A stretch of 62,847 nt of DNA, the filler included, from Stramenopiles sp. TOSAG23-2 (lineage: Eukaryota): NCBI GenBank assembly GCA_900128395.1. It is 2 parts of 2 records of this genome, joined end to end, with 100 filler letters (N's around TTAATTAATTAA, not from the genome) between each part and the next. Parts side by side here need not be neighbours in the genome. Positions count along the whole stretch, not along the records: positions 1 to 31,396 come from LT649371.1; 1 more part is not named here. One strand, given 5' to 3'. Both the position numbers and the translations under genes were made by a program. Shown in pieces: positions 19,705-30,031 of this stretch. Numbering within the stretch: the stretch's first letter is position 1; each line of letters starts with the position of its first letter. Under the pieces are notes generated by a model. That model saw only the letters and a list, made by a program, of their open reading frames with translations, did no database searches and had not been told where the DNA came from.

Positions 19705-20682
19705 ATGAATCAAGTAATTACACATGCAGATGGATCAACAACAGGATACAATGATTATGGTGGCCCTGGATATCCTTGCGTACTCTGTCATGGTGCACCG
19801 GATTGTCGCGTTATGGATGAATATAGTGTTGAGCTGGCAAAACAAAATAACGTTCGACTGATATGTTTCGATAGACCAGGGTATGGATTAAGCAGTCCAA
19901 AACCTGGACATGAAATTAGTGATGTATCAATTGATGCAATGGCAATAATTGATGCTTTAAAAATTGAAAAATTTATTGTATGCGGGGCGAGTACTGGTGG
20001 CCCGTATGCGTTCTCACTTGCTGTTTATGCTGGGCCAAATCGTTGTACAGGTGTTGTGGTAGGCTGTGCAATGACAGATATGCGTTATCCTGCGGCAAGG
20101 GTTTCTATGGAAGGTATTGTTACAGAGGCTTATGATTTATCGCACGATCGTGATCTTGTAATAAAATTATTGGAAGCTAAGGAGGAAAAGAAAATTGAAG
20201 ATGAAGGTGGGATTTGGTCATTCTTAATGAATATTCCGATATTGAAAGACAACAGTATATGGCAATTGATGGTATTGATACCTTTTTTAAGATCTCATGG
20301 ATGGCCATGGATCGACATTCGAGCATTGTTTACACACGAACAAAATGAGGAGAAAAAAAAAGCCATAACAGCTTTTGGACAACAAGGATATGCTGATGAT
20401 AGAATTGCTGGTTCGAAAGGGTGGCATTCTTTTGATATTAAAAAAATTAAAGTACCATGTATTATTGTGCACGGTGAGTTAGATGTTGCTGTTCCTATTG
20501 TTGCTGCACATCATACAAAGTCATTAGTTCCACATGCAGAATTAAGGATATTTGCAGAACGTGGCCATATGAGTATTAATGATCATATTATGGAAGCGTG
20601 TAGTGATATCTCAAATTATACGTATGAACAACAAGTAGAAAAGGAGAAAGAATATATTAATAAAATGAAAAGCAAACTGTAA
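19705..20682 (+). CDS. alpha/beta hydrolase
   Basis: HGAP oxyanion loop, DRPGYGLS, nucleophile elbow GASTGG, HGELD acid and GH catalytic His; ATG at 19705. Confidence 0.92.
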   Translation: MNQVITHADGSTTGYNDYGGPGYPCVLCHGAPDCRVMDEYSVELAKQNNVRLICFDRPGYGLSSPKPGHEISDVSIDAMAIIDALKIEKFIVCGASTGGPYAFSLAVYAGPNRCTGVVVGCAMTDMRYPAARVSMEGIVTEAYDLSHDRDLVIKLLEAKEEKKIEDEGGIWSFLMNIPILKDNSIWQLMVLIPFLRSHGWPWIDIRALFTHEQNEEKKKAITAFGQQGYADDRIAGSKGWHSFDIKKIKVPCIIVHGELDVAVPIVAAHHTKSLVPHAELRIFAERGHMSINDHIMEACSDISNYTYEQQVEKEKEYINKMKSKL

Positions 20683-21913
20683 AACAAAAGAAAAGATTTA
20701 TTAAGACCCGGACATAATCTAAATCTGTATAGAGAGAGTGACCTTTGCTGAGAGAGGAAAATGCCAAAATATCGTAAAAATTTAGTACGTAAAAAATATA
20801 TACGAAGTCGTATATAACTTTTATCATAAGAGTATAATTTACCCGGTATGTCTCAATATTTTACGAAGTAAAAGAATTATTTTTTCTTTGATTCTACGAA
20901 AATTATATTTATATTAATTTTTTGGAAAATTTGTCGCATTTTTTATTTTTATAAACCAGAGAAGATGCCCTAATAAACGCACTCTGTGAATTGAGTCATT
21001 TTTATAAGGGCACGATGGTGATTTTATACGACGTACACATAGACGCGTATATATATAAAAAAGAATTTTTATTTTTTTTTGATCAACAAAAAGTGAAATG
21101 ACACAATGGTGAAGTTGTACATCTATAAATACATAATAATTATAAGTATGGATGAAGTGAAAACAAAGGAAAAGAAGGTTGATACAGACAAATAAAACTA
21201 AATTACCAAAAAAGAGTTTTAGCAGTAAAAAACAGAATTAAAAGAATTACATATATGTGTATATATATATATACATTAAAATTATGCGTGGAAATTAATA
21301 TATATAATACATTAAATGATGGTTAAAAATTTTATAAATGTCATACAGGGTATATATTAAAAGAGACACACAGTGGATGAAAATATATCCAGTCAGTCCA
21401 AGGATTCAGAATACCGATTTTTGAATTATACATATACCTATATAAATATACATAAATAGATATACTAAATTTATACTTATTAGAACGTAAGGGCATGCCT
21501 TAAGATATTAATGGGGACCGAAATCAAGCGGAACGAAAAATGAATTTCAAAAAAGGAATTTGTGATTACATTTGTTTTTCCACTTTTCTTCTATATAGCA
21601 CTAAGGATACCAGGTACCAGGTACCAGGTATGGCCCTGCGCTCAGAATTCCTGATTATGGGCTGTAGCTAGGGAAGACGAGGCGTTTAGTGAAGGGATCG
21701 AGTAGTATGGCCCGTACTAACTAGGCTAACCAGCTATAACTCGATTTTTTTTCAACAACAATGTGCCAATGCACCAATGTATAAAAAAAAAATTTGTTTA
21801 TAGTAAATAAGATATCATAAATAAAAATATATCATAAACTACTAACACAAAACTACAGATTTTAATAGATAAAATAAAGGATTTTGTTTTATTTGATATA
21901 TATATATATACAT

Positions 21914-23773
21914 ATGATGGGAGTCTTAAGCAAAACAACAGGTGATGATTCACCATTATTAGATAAAAAAGCAAGTGTCTCACCTTCTAAAATGTTTTTA
22001 TCAGAAACAAAAGGTGAAATTAAACGCAACTCCAGTGACGTTGAAGTACCAAGTGAAGAAGCAAAAGGAACTTGTTGCATTGATTTAAAATTGTTATGGG
22101 CATATACTGGGCCTGGTTGGTTAATGTCTATTGCATATATAGATCCTGGTAATCTTGAAGCAGACTTACAATCAGGTGCATATGCCGGGATGCAATTATT
22201 ATGGATGTTGTTTTGGGCAACTGTTGCTGGTTTGTTATTGCAAATATTAGCACTGCGTTTAGGCGTAGTGACAGGGAAAAACCTAGCAGAACTATGTAAA
22301 GCACGATACAATAAACCAACATCATTTATATTATGGATTATGACAGAATTAGCAATTATTGGCTCCGATATACAAGAAGTGGTTGGGAGTGCAATTGCAT
22401 TTAAAATATTATTTGGTTGGAAATTATGGGTTGGATGTATTGTTACCGGAGTTGATACATTTACGTTTCTTCTGTTACATATTTTGGGAACTAGGGCATT
22501 AGAAGCTTTTTTTGCTTCCTTGATTTTTATCATGTTAATATGTTTTATCATCAATTTTGCAGGTGCTCATCCAGCATGGCTTGGAGAAATGACAAATAAC
22601 GGTGGCGGCATATTATTTGGTACAGCTGTGCCAACAGTTGAAGATTATGCACTTGTACAAGCTGTTGGTATTTTAGGTGCTGTGATTATGCCACATAATA
22701 TCTATTTACATTCCGCATTAGTAACAAGTAGAAAAATCAATCGTAAAGATCCAAAACAAATCGAATTGGCAAATAAATATTTTTCTATCGAAAGTGGTGT
22801 TGCATTGTTTGTCTCGTTTTTAATTAATGGTGCCGTAGTTGCAGTCTTTTCGCAAGGTTTTTTTAACAGGGATGAATGCGCACGTCCAGGTTGGGATACG
22901 AAAACAGGCGTTTATTCTGGACCTAATCAACTTGTAAATGGTAGCTACACAAATTTGGCATGTTATCCTGGTGCAGACATGGATGGATGCCATATTAATT
23001 TACAAACTGGAGAATATTTAAGTTGTAAAACCCCACTCGGACTTGATGGTAAATGTTGTGGCATAGGTTTAAATAATGCTGGCACGGCATTAGAAGGTTT
23101 TCTAGGCAAAAATGCGAAATTTGTATGGGCAATCGGATTATTAGCAGCTGGACAAAGTTCAACCATGACTGGTACGTTTGCTGGACAATTTGTTATGGAA
23201 GGTTTTTTAAATTGGAAAGTCAGTCCATGGGTTCGTGTATTAATTACTCGTACTTTTGCTATTGGACCAGCAATTGCAGTTGCAATCGTTTCATCATCCA
23301 ATGCTACTGCAGGAGATATTTTAAATGAATGGCTAAATGTTTTACAAAGTGTACAGTTGCCATTCGCTGTGTTACCTGTGTTACATTTCACTTCCGATAA
23401 GCAAATTATGGGTGAATTTGCGAATCATGGAATAGTAAAATTTATATGTTGGTTCTTAGCAGCGCTTGTTATCGTAATCAATATATATTTAGTAACAACA
23501 TTTGTAACAGCACCTGATTCACCGACTCCACAAACACCATTTTTTTTCACGATTGTTATTGTTGTTGGTATAATGTATATGTCGTTTATATTTTATGTTA
23601 TAAAAGAAGATATAAAGGCTTTCTGGGGCTTCATTAGAGGTGATACAGTTGATTTAAATAAGATTTGTAGATATGATAGTAAAGGGAATGATAATGATAA
23701 CGATGATGATGTTTATTTGCAAGTATGTTCAGAGGATGATCAAAATGTGAATACTTCTTATGGCTCTCTATAA
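21914..23773 (+). CDS. NRAMP: NRAMP/SLC11 divalent metal transporter
   Basis: GPGWLMSIAYIDPGN, GAVIMPHNIYLHS and GQSSTMTGTFAGQFVMEGFL signatures; ATG at 21914. Confidence 0.97.
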   Translation: MMGVLSKTTGDDSPLLDKKASVSPSKMFLSETKGEIKRNSSDVEVPSEEAKGTCCIDLKLLWAYTGPGWLMSIAYIDPGNLEADLQSGAYAGMQLLWMLFWATVAGLLLQILALRLGVVTGKNLAELCKARYNKPTSFILWIMTELAIIGSDIQEVVGSAIAFKILFGWKLWVGCIVTGVDTFTFLLLHILGTRALEAFFASLIFIMLICFIINFAGAHPAWLGEMTNNGGGILFGTAVPTVEDYALVQAVGILGAVIMPHNIYLHSALVTSRKINRKDPKQIELANKYFSIESGVALFVSFLINGAVVAVFSQGFFNRDECARPGWDTKTGVYSGPNQLVNGSYTNLACYPGADMDGCHINLQTGEYLSCKTPLGLDGKCCGIGLNNAGTALEGFLGKNAKFVWAIGLLAAGQSSTMTGTFAGQFVMEGFLNWKVSPWVRVLITRTFAIGPAIAVAIVSSSNATAGDILNEWLNVLQSVQLPFAVLPVLHFTSDKQIMGEFANHGIVKFICWFLAALVIVINIYLVTTFVTAPDSPTPQTPFFFTIVIVVGIMYMSFIFYVIKEDIKAFWGFIRGDTVDLNKICRYDSKGNDNDNDDDVYLQVCSEDDQNVNTSYGSL

Positions 23774-24340
23774 TAGCGTAAAGGGTTGAAATCAAGAACA
23801 TAATATCATATATTGTTTTATATATATTATATATATATATATTAAGAGAAACTTTATATATATATATAAAATGTTCTCTTATCATACTCATATATTATAT
23901 AAATTATGTGTATCATAAGAGAAAATTTTTTATATATATATGCGATAGAGTATTAGCTTGCGGCGGCGCATGAGAGCTTTATTAATCGTAGGAGCAAATC
24001 CTTTTTTTAGATTTGAGAGGATTAACATAATTATATAAAATGATGGTTAAAATATATATATATATACGTACGAGTATATATTATTTCTGAGATTAAGTAT
24101 TGAGCATAGTATTTTCCACGCGGAAAGAAAAAGTTACGTCAAGAAGTGTATGATATATATTATGATAATATTTAAACTTTAGATTTTAACCATCATTATA
24201 TATAGAAAGCGTATTAATTTAATCTATTCTCCACCATTTTATAATGCCCAATTCTTCATACATCAACAAAAGGTTGATAACACATCTCCCAACAGGAATT
24301 ACCCATGAGGTCAAACACACATATGATATTCACGCGCACA

Positions 24341-27300
24341 CTATACCAATTTACTCAAGATCATATTCAGTTGTTTGTACAATGATTCCTGTTTTTTCTC
24401 ATCAATTCCATCTTGCATTTTTTTCAAAGCAGTAACTAAGGTTCCTTGTATTTCAGTATTAAATTTTTGTACATCTCCGAATGCAGATAAGAAGGAATAT
24501 GCACTCATTTGATTCACTTTCCCAACTGCAAAGAATAATTCAATTGTTAACTCTAAACCATCCTCTGTCAATAATGCGCGTTTACGATTGCCACTCCAAC
24601 CTCGTGCCACTGTCCTAGCATGACCAGCTAATTGCCATTGGAAAAAACGTTCTTCAGTCAATTGTTTAATATATGATGGACTTGCTTTACAATCTGCTTG
24701 GCATACTGCACTGATATATGCTTCACAACCAATTGGATGAGCTGTCCATTCATTTTTCACATCATTAAATGTTCCTTGTAAATTTTCTGCAACACTATCA
24801 TCTATTGACGCAAGTTCTAAAAGTCGAACAAATGCAGATGATTTTTCGGACATATATGTGGAAGTATTCAATTGATTTAATGCACGTTGAACACAATCGT
24901 TTACATCATGACCATTTTTACTTGAAGAAGATTTACATAAAAATTTTAAAATCAAATTTTTCAATGATCTCAAAACCAGTCCTTCTTTCTGTGGTCGATT
25001 AGGAACAGACAATAATGTCAATTGATCAAAAAGCTTTATCAACAATGGTCCGTGTGCACGATAAATAGCTGCACTTAGGATGGTTGTGCAATCTGCAATT
25101 TCTTGGTAATAATGCTGTAAATCTGGTCGACTAGGGCATGATTCTTCTAACACAAGCAATTTTGCTTTCGTTGATGGCGTTAATTTCTCATCATTTAATA
25201 TTGTAGCAACTAAGTTCAAATAATCTTTGAATTGTAAATCAGATGAAGGATTAGAATATAAATCGGCACCATCTCCAGTATTATCGACAAGGTTGCTGAT
25301 AATTGTACCTTTCACTTCATCAACAATACTCCTAAATGCAAGGTAACGATTCACTGGATCCGTATCGTTCAGAGCCTGTTGAATTTTCATCTCAGAAGTC
25401 GAACATTTCATATCAACACTACCAAAAAATGACCAATCACGGCCGATGGAAAAAATAAATTTCCCTTCTTCAAGCCCTTCAATTGGTATGTTCAAATTTT
25501 CCTCTTCTGTTTGCAAAATATGTAAACCTGTTACAATATTTTTACCATTTACGACAATTGCATAATCTAATGGTATTATCCATGGGTATCGCTCATCCTC
25601 TACATGCTCTTTAAACCCACTTTGTTTTAACGATACGATCAATCCTTCATCTGAAGTTTCCATGCTTTCAACAGTCACAGTTGGATATCCTGTGTGTAAA
25701 ATATTGTATTGGTGCGTATAAATGTTAGAAAGAAAGAAGAAGAAAGAAAAATTTGTAAAATATATATATATGACTATGTAAATATTCGCTGACTTACCGG
25801 TGCGTTTTAACCAACCATTGGCCATTTTAAATACATCGACATTCTCTGGTGCAAACTCTGCCATAGCTGCAATCCATTGATTGCTTGTGGCATTGGAAAA
25901 TGCATATTTGGTATGATAATTATGTAATGCATGATCAAATTTTTTTTTTCCAAGAATTAATTGACACATTCGAACAAACTCAGGTGCTTTACTATATGTC
26001 ATTGCACTGATCAACTCGTGTGTAGTGTTAAATCCAGCAGGTTCAACTGCCATAGAACGAGGCGAGCGATCAGATGCTAACGGTCCACTACCTGGTCTAA
26101 ACGCATACATAACATGACTCAAGCGCATAAAAGCAGCACCAAATAATTCCACCTCTCGTTCCCTTTGTATATGCACAGTAACTGCTTCATTGAGCCAGAT
26201 TTCAAACGGGCTTTGTCCAGTTACTTGCGAGCCATTGATATTATGATAGAATTCGTGGATTTTTACTCCTTCCATGTAAACATATCCCCCATCTACAAGC
26301 CATTTACTTGGAGTTAATCTAGACGAGATGATAGTTGTGTTTCCGACATTTTCCATTCCTCCGTAATTGCTGTTTTCCATAGCAATTTCACGATAAACAC
26401 TTCCTGTATACTTATATCCAGTATTACCCCATTGTGACATTAATGCTTTTAAATCTGATCGAATTTTTGCCAATTCATCAGCAGTAGAAGCATCACCATT
26501 TTCCTTTAACCTATCTCTTTTTTCAATCAATTCATATACTTTCTTTCTTGCTTCGACATGTTCTGTAGCTTCTGGTCCTGTGCTGACTAATAGCCAAATA
26601 ATTGAATCGCGTAATGCAACAAGAGATGTCTCCGCATCTTCTGGCCTTACAATACCAGGTAGACATAGTATTTCCAAACGAAATGTATCTCCATCTGGAT
26701 ATTCTACCTCTTTTGTATAAACATCATATGTTCCACATCCAAGAAAGAATAAATATGGAGCCATGTTCACTTTATGGTTGTAATATTTTATAACATGTCT
26801 TGGTGGGCCATCGTAATCAGGGGATTTAAAATTTGGCATTGCTGCTTCAATCGATTGGAATTTAGCATTCATTTTATCATCGAAAAAACCAGGTGCTAAA
26901 TCACCGTTGGTTACTACATTGGTATATCGTTCATCTGAAATAACAGTTGTAGTATAAAATGTTTTTGATGCCATACGGTCAACGCAAGGTACAATTCTTT
27001 GAAAACCATATTGTTGACATTGCGTAATCATAGTTTGCGGTGCACCATCTGGGGTGTAATCGTAATAAATACCTTCTAAGATATTAGCAGTAGGTTTACA
27101 CGTTGATACGGTGCGTATTACAATCTCTTCGCCTTTCTTTAACAGGAAAGGTAATTTTACTATTAAAAATCGCTCTTCTGCTTGGACTTCATAATCAAGT
27201 GCTTTTACATTACTCAATGATTTGATGTGTACAAGAAAATTGGGGATTTTTGCATCCAATCCGACTGGTGGTGGTCCTAATAAAGAATGCTTTTCAAACA

Positions 27301-27508
27301 TTTCAACTGATTCAACTGTTAAATCATGCTGATTTAATTTCAATTCATTTGTCGATACGTTTGATAAATATGTTTGAGTAGCAATACAACGAACACGTTC
27401 TTTATCCATATCGAAAATCAAGTCATAGTGTAAAGGCAGCAATTCTAGTGGTCCAAAGTCAGCTCTACTAAATCGAAATTTTTTTTTCTCTTTTGCAATG
27501 GATGTCAT
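24341..27508 (-). CDS. M1 family aminopeptidase N (two exons: 27508-25798 and 25689-24341)
   Basis: GGMEN exopeptidase motif, HEFYH-x18-E zinc motif (HEFYHN...WLNEA), TYSKA catalytic Tyr; splicing restores WLKRTGYP. Confidence 0.93.
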   Translation of the reverse strand: MTSIAKEKKKFRFSRADFGPLELLPLHYDLIFDMDKERVRCIATQTYLSNVSTNELKLNQHDLTVESVEMFEKHSLLGPPPVGLDAKIPNFLVHIKSLSNVKALDYEVQAEERFLIVKLPFLLKKGEEIVIRTVSTCKPTANILEGIYYDYTPDGAPQTMITQCQQYGFQRIVPCVDRMASKTFYTTTVISDERYTNVVTNGDLAPGFFDDKMNAKFQSIEAAMPNFKSPDYDGPPRHVIKYYNHKVNMAPYLFFLGCGTYDVYTKEVEYPDGDTFRLEILCLPGIVRPEDAETSLVALRDSIIWLLVSTGPEATEHVEARKKVYELIEKRDRLKENGDASTADELAKIRSDLKALMSQWGNTGYKYTGSVYREIAMENSNYGGMENVGNTTIISSRLTPSKWLVDGGYVYMEGVKIHEFYHNINGSQVTGQSPFEIWLNEAVTVHIQREREVELFGAAFMRLSHVMYAFRPGSGPLASDRSPRSMAVEPAGFNTTHELISAMTYSKAPEFVRMCQLILGKKKFDHALHNYHTKYAFSNATSNQWIAAMAEFAPENVDVFKMANGWLKRTGKSANIYIVIYIYFTNFSFFFFLSNIYTHQYNILHTGYPTVTVESMETSDEGLIVSLKQSGFKEHVEDERYPWIIPLDYAIVVNGKNIVTGLHILQTEEENLNIPIEGLEEGKFIFSIGRDWSFFGSVDMKCSTSEMKIQQALNDTDPVNRYLAFRSIVDEVKGTIISNLVDNTGDGADLYSNPSSDLQFKDYLNLVATILNDEKLTPSTKAKLLVLEESCPSRPDLQHYYQEIADCTTILSAAIYRAHGPLLIKLFDQLTLLSVPNRPQKEGLVLRSLKNLILKFLCKSSSSKNGHDVNDCVQRALNQLNTSTYMSEKSSAFVRLLELASIDDSVAENLQGTFNDVKNEWTAHPIGCEAYISAVCQADCKASPSYIKQLTEERFFQWQLAGHARTVARGWSGNRKRALLTEDGLELTIELFFAVGKVNQMSAYSFLSAFGDVQKFNTEIQGTLVTALKKMQDGIDEKKQESLYKQLNMILSKLV
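25690..25797 (-). other. 108-nt spliceosomal intron, in frame and stop-free
   Basis: G|GTAAGT donor at 25797 and ...ACACAG|G acceptor at 25690; AT-rich with pyrimidine tract. Confidence 0.9.
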
Positions 27509-28046
27509 GATATAGAATATTTATATTTATATATATGAAAGTAGTGGGGAACAAGTCCACGTGGGTTCTTATAAAAATATATATTGTATCTAGTCGTCTA
27601 CACTAACACATATATACTTTATCAACAAGTCATTTGTTCATTCAATTTTCAATATATATATATATATAAAATTGAATTTTTCTATAGATTTTGGCATGCA
27701 CCTGCTAATACAATAGTATATAGAGATAGCAATCGCATGATGAATATCCCTTGCTATGTATCTGCTAATTAATAGCATTGACACAGCATATAAAACGATG
27801 TTATTAAAATTACCTATATTTTGCGTTTTGCGTGTGTTAATGTTTTCGCTATACTAACGTAATGCTAACGTTAGTGTACTAATGTTATACCATGGAAAAC
27901 TGCTATATTTAAATCCTTAATCCTATTTTATATAGGCATAACAAGGGAAACATATTGCTACTGTAAATATGTACTTGGGAAAAATCCAATCTCTAGTTTC
28001 ACAACAAAAAAATGGAGTATATATATAGCAATTTTTGTAAATAAAA

Positions 28047-29006
28047 ATGACAGATCGTAAAAACATCACTGGCGAAAAAAGAAAATCAATCGAAATACCA
28101 AGAAAAAATACAACCAACGCACAACCAAAGTTTGCAGAAAAGTTCAACCAAAATACAATAATTGAATTAAAGGGGAACAACATTACTATTAACGAGGAAG
28201 GAAAATGCTATGCTTCAACCCCACCACTCCCAGTAGTAGGAGAATGTTATCTCAGCTCTAGCGGTAATCTCGGAAAGAAGAACATCAACGGTGACATAAA
28301 TAGGGCGGAATTCAAAGTCTGTTTAACCAGCTCGAATGAGTCAGATACGACTTCTCTGGTAGAACAAAAAAACTTCTTTGCCTGGGTCAATAAGATATCT
28401 AGGGATATATTGGACAAAGTATGGGATACAGAGAAGTTTAAACGCCGTCGTGGTCGTTTATTGAAACAAGCACAACAAGAATTTGACGATAATAAAGAAT
28501 TCAGTGAAGAGGAATCCAGTGAAGAGGAATCAAAGAAGGTCAAAGAGCGTGCTAAATCCTTGTTTATTTCTGGCGCAAAACTACCTGGTCATGATAGAAT
28601 ACAGCTATCGACGCTTTACGTGAATCCGCGAACAAATGAAGTGAATCGACCTACTATGTGGAAGAAAAATGATGATACATACGAGAATATCACAGAGCGT
28701 ATTGATAGTTTGACGGAGGGTTCCGTCATTATCGCACAGATGAGATTCCGTGTCTTTAATAAAAGTCGCAAGTATGGTGTACTGCTTGATCTTGGACCTG
28801 ATATAGAAATTGTCTCACAGAGAGAACCTCCGATCGAACACCCTCTGGTAAAACGCCGACGTTTCACTAGAAGTACATCACCTGAGGAGTATATCGAACG
28901 GTACAATGGAAAAATGGTTGATTTGTTGTTGAAATTAACACAGTCCAAACATGTTAAAGTACCTGATTGGCTGGTCAATCCAAAGAATACCCCAGCTCTG
29001 CAGTAA
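28047..29006 (+). CDS. hypothetical protein, candidate T7 gp2.5/NCLDV-type OB-fold ssDNA-binding protein
   Basis: 319-aa ORF; pattern L.EGSVIIAQMRFRVF....KYGVLLDLG..IEIV preceded by a helical FFAWVNKI...L..VW insert; visibly more C/G-ending codons than neighbouring genes. Confidence 0.5.
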   Translation: MTDRKNITGEKRKSIEIPRKNTTNAQPKFAEKFNQNTIIELKGNNITINEEGKCYASTPPLPVVGECYLSSSGNLGKKNINGDINRAEFKVCLTSSNESDTTSLVEQKNFFAWVNKISRDILDKVWDTEKFKRRRGRLLKQAQQEFDDNKEFSEEESSEEESKKVKERAKSLFISGAKLPGHDRIQLSTLYVNPRTNEVNRPTMWKKNDDTYENITERIDSLTEGSVIIAQMRFRVFNKSRKYGVLLDLGPDIEIVSQREPPIEHPLVKRRRFTRSTSPEEYIERYNGKMVDLLLKLTQSKHVKVPDWLVNPKNTPALQ

Positions 29007-29046
29007 AAAGGTACAAGTTTCTTGATCAAAAACAAATAGGTCGTAA

Positions 29047-29194
29047 GGGAGTTCGTAAGACGTAATTTACGAACACAAAGTCAACAGAATACCTTAACAT
29101 GCATTTTCGAGGTAGCATTGTATAGCAGGCGAGTAGCCCAAATGATTTGAACAGAATACCTTAAAAATAATTCGTAAAAAATTTACGAACTTCC
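29047..29194. repeat. palindromic cassette: two TTCGTAA..TTACGAA hairpins and a 15-bp direct repeat
   Basis: gttcgtaa-N8-ttacgaac (29051-29074), ttcgtaaa-aaa-tttacgaa (29171-29189), aacagaataccttaa at 29083 and 29150. Confidence 0.8.
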
Positions 29195-29224
29195 ATCTCT
29201 ATATATCAAAAAGACATACCATAA

Positions 29225-29467
29225 ATGGATACATCTAGATACATACACACAGGAACCATCAACAACCCGCGTTGTTCCCATACATCATGCCCAAACGAAG
29301 GAACACACATGGGCGCAGATATTGTGGATTCCACGGCAGAAAAATTGTTTTGGCATAGCCTATTTCATAAATACAGACAAAAACTCAAAATATACTTGGA
29401 AAAAATCCAATGTTTTATTTTACATTATGTAAAGCCTTCTCGTTCAATGGTTCTGATGACACATTGA
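29225..29467 (+). CDS. small hypothetical protein with Cys/His cluster
   Basis: ATG-initiated 80-aa ORF containing CSHTSC...TH; TATA-like run just upstream. Confidence 0.3.
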   Translation: MDTSRYIHTGTINNPRCSHTSCPNEGTHMGADIVDSTAEKLFWHSLFHKYRQKLKIYLEKIQCFILHYVKPSRSMVLMTH

Positions 29468-30031
29468 CCATTTTTTTCGCCCGTATTATCGACACTAGTA
29501 TACTAATAGTTCCTATATAAGTATAAATCTGCCACCACCTCCATTAATAATAATGAATAAATACTGGAGTGGCTAGGCTAGAGGCTAGAGTGGCACCACC
29601 AATAATTAATTATACTACAGTATAATATTAATAGAAATAATATATATAATAATAATTATTATTTCAGTAGTAGAAACATGAAAAAAATAATAATAATAAC
29701 ACAACTCACAACTCACTAGCTTTTACCAGCAAACCACTCAGACAACAAATATACGTATATATCGATCGATACAAAAAAGATAAGCATTTGCGTAATTTCT
29801 GACATCTATTTAGAACCATTTTCTGTGTCAGTTGTCAGTTGTCAGTATCATAAAAGACTCGACGAACGACTTACAAAAAACCTTTTTTTTATTTGGTTTG
29901 CGTACAGATCTTTACATCTTTACAAAACGCTAAAAGATCTTCCTAAAGATAGTAGAAGAAATATATAGATATACATAATAATGATTATTCTGTTACATTT
30001 ATGTGTATATGATATATGCCTGCGATATAAG

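Noticed and set aside
21659-21713. tRNA-like start GGGCTGTAGCT
   Set aside because: Too short, with no convincing anticodon arm or T-loop (no GTTCRA); kept only as a low-interest structured segment.
27668-27675. AAAATTGA (Mimivirus early-promoter motif) upstream of the SSB-like gene
   Set aside because: About 370 bp from the ATG and common by chance in this AT-rich sequence.
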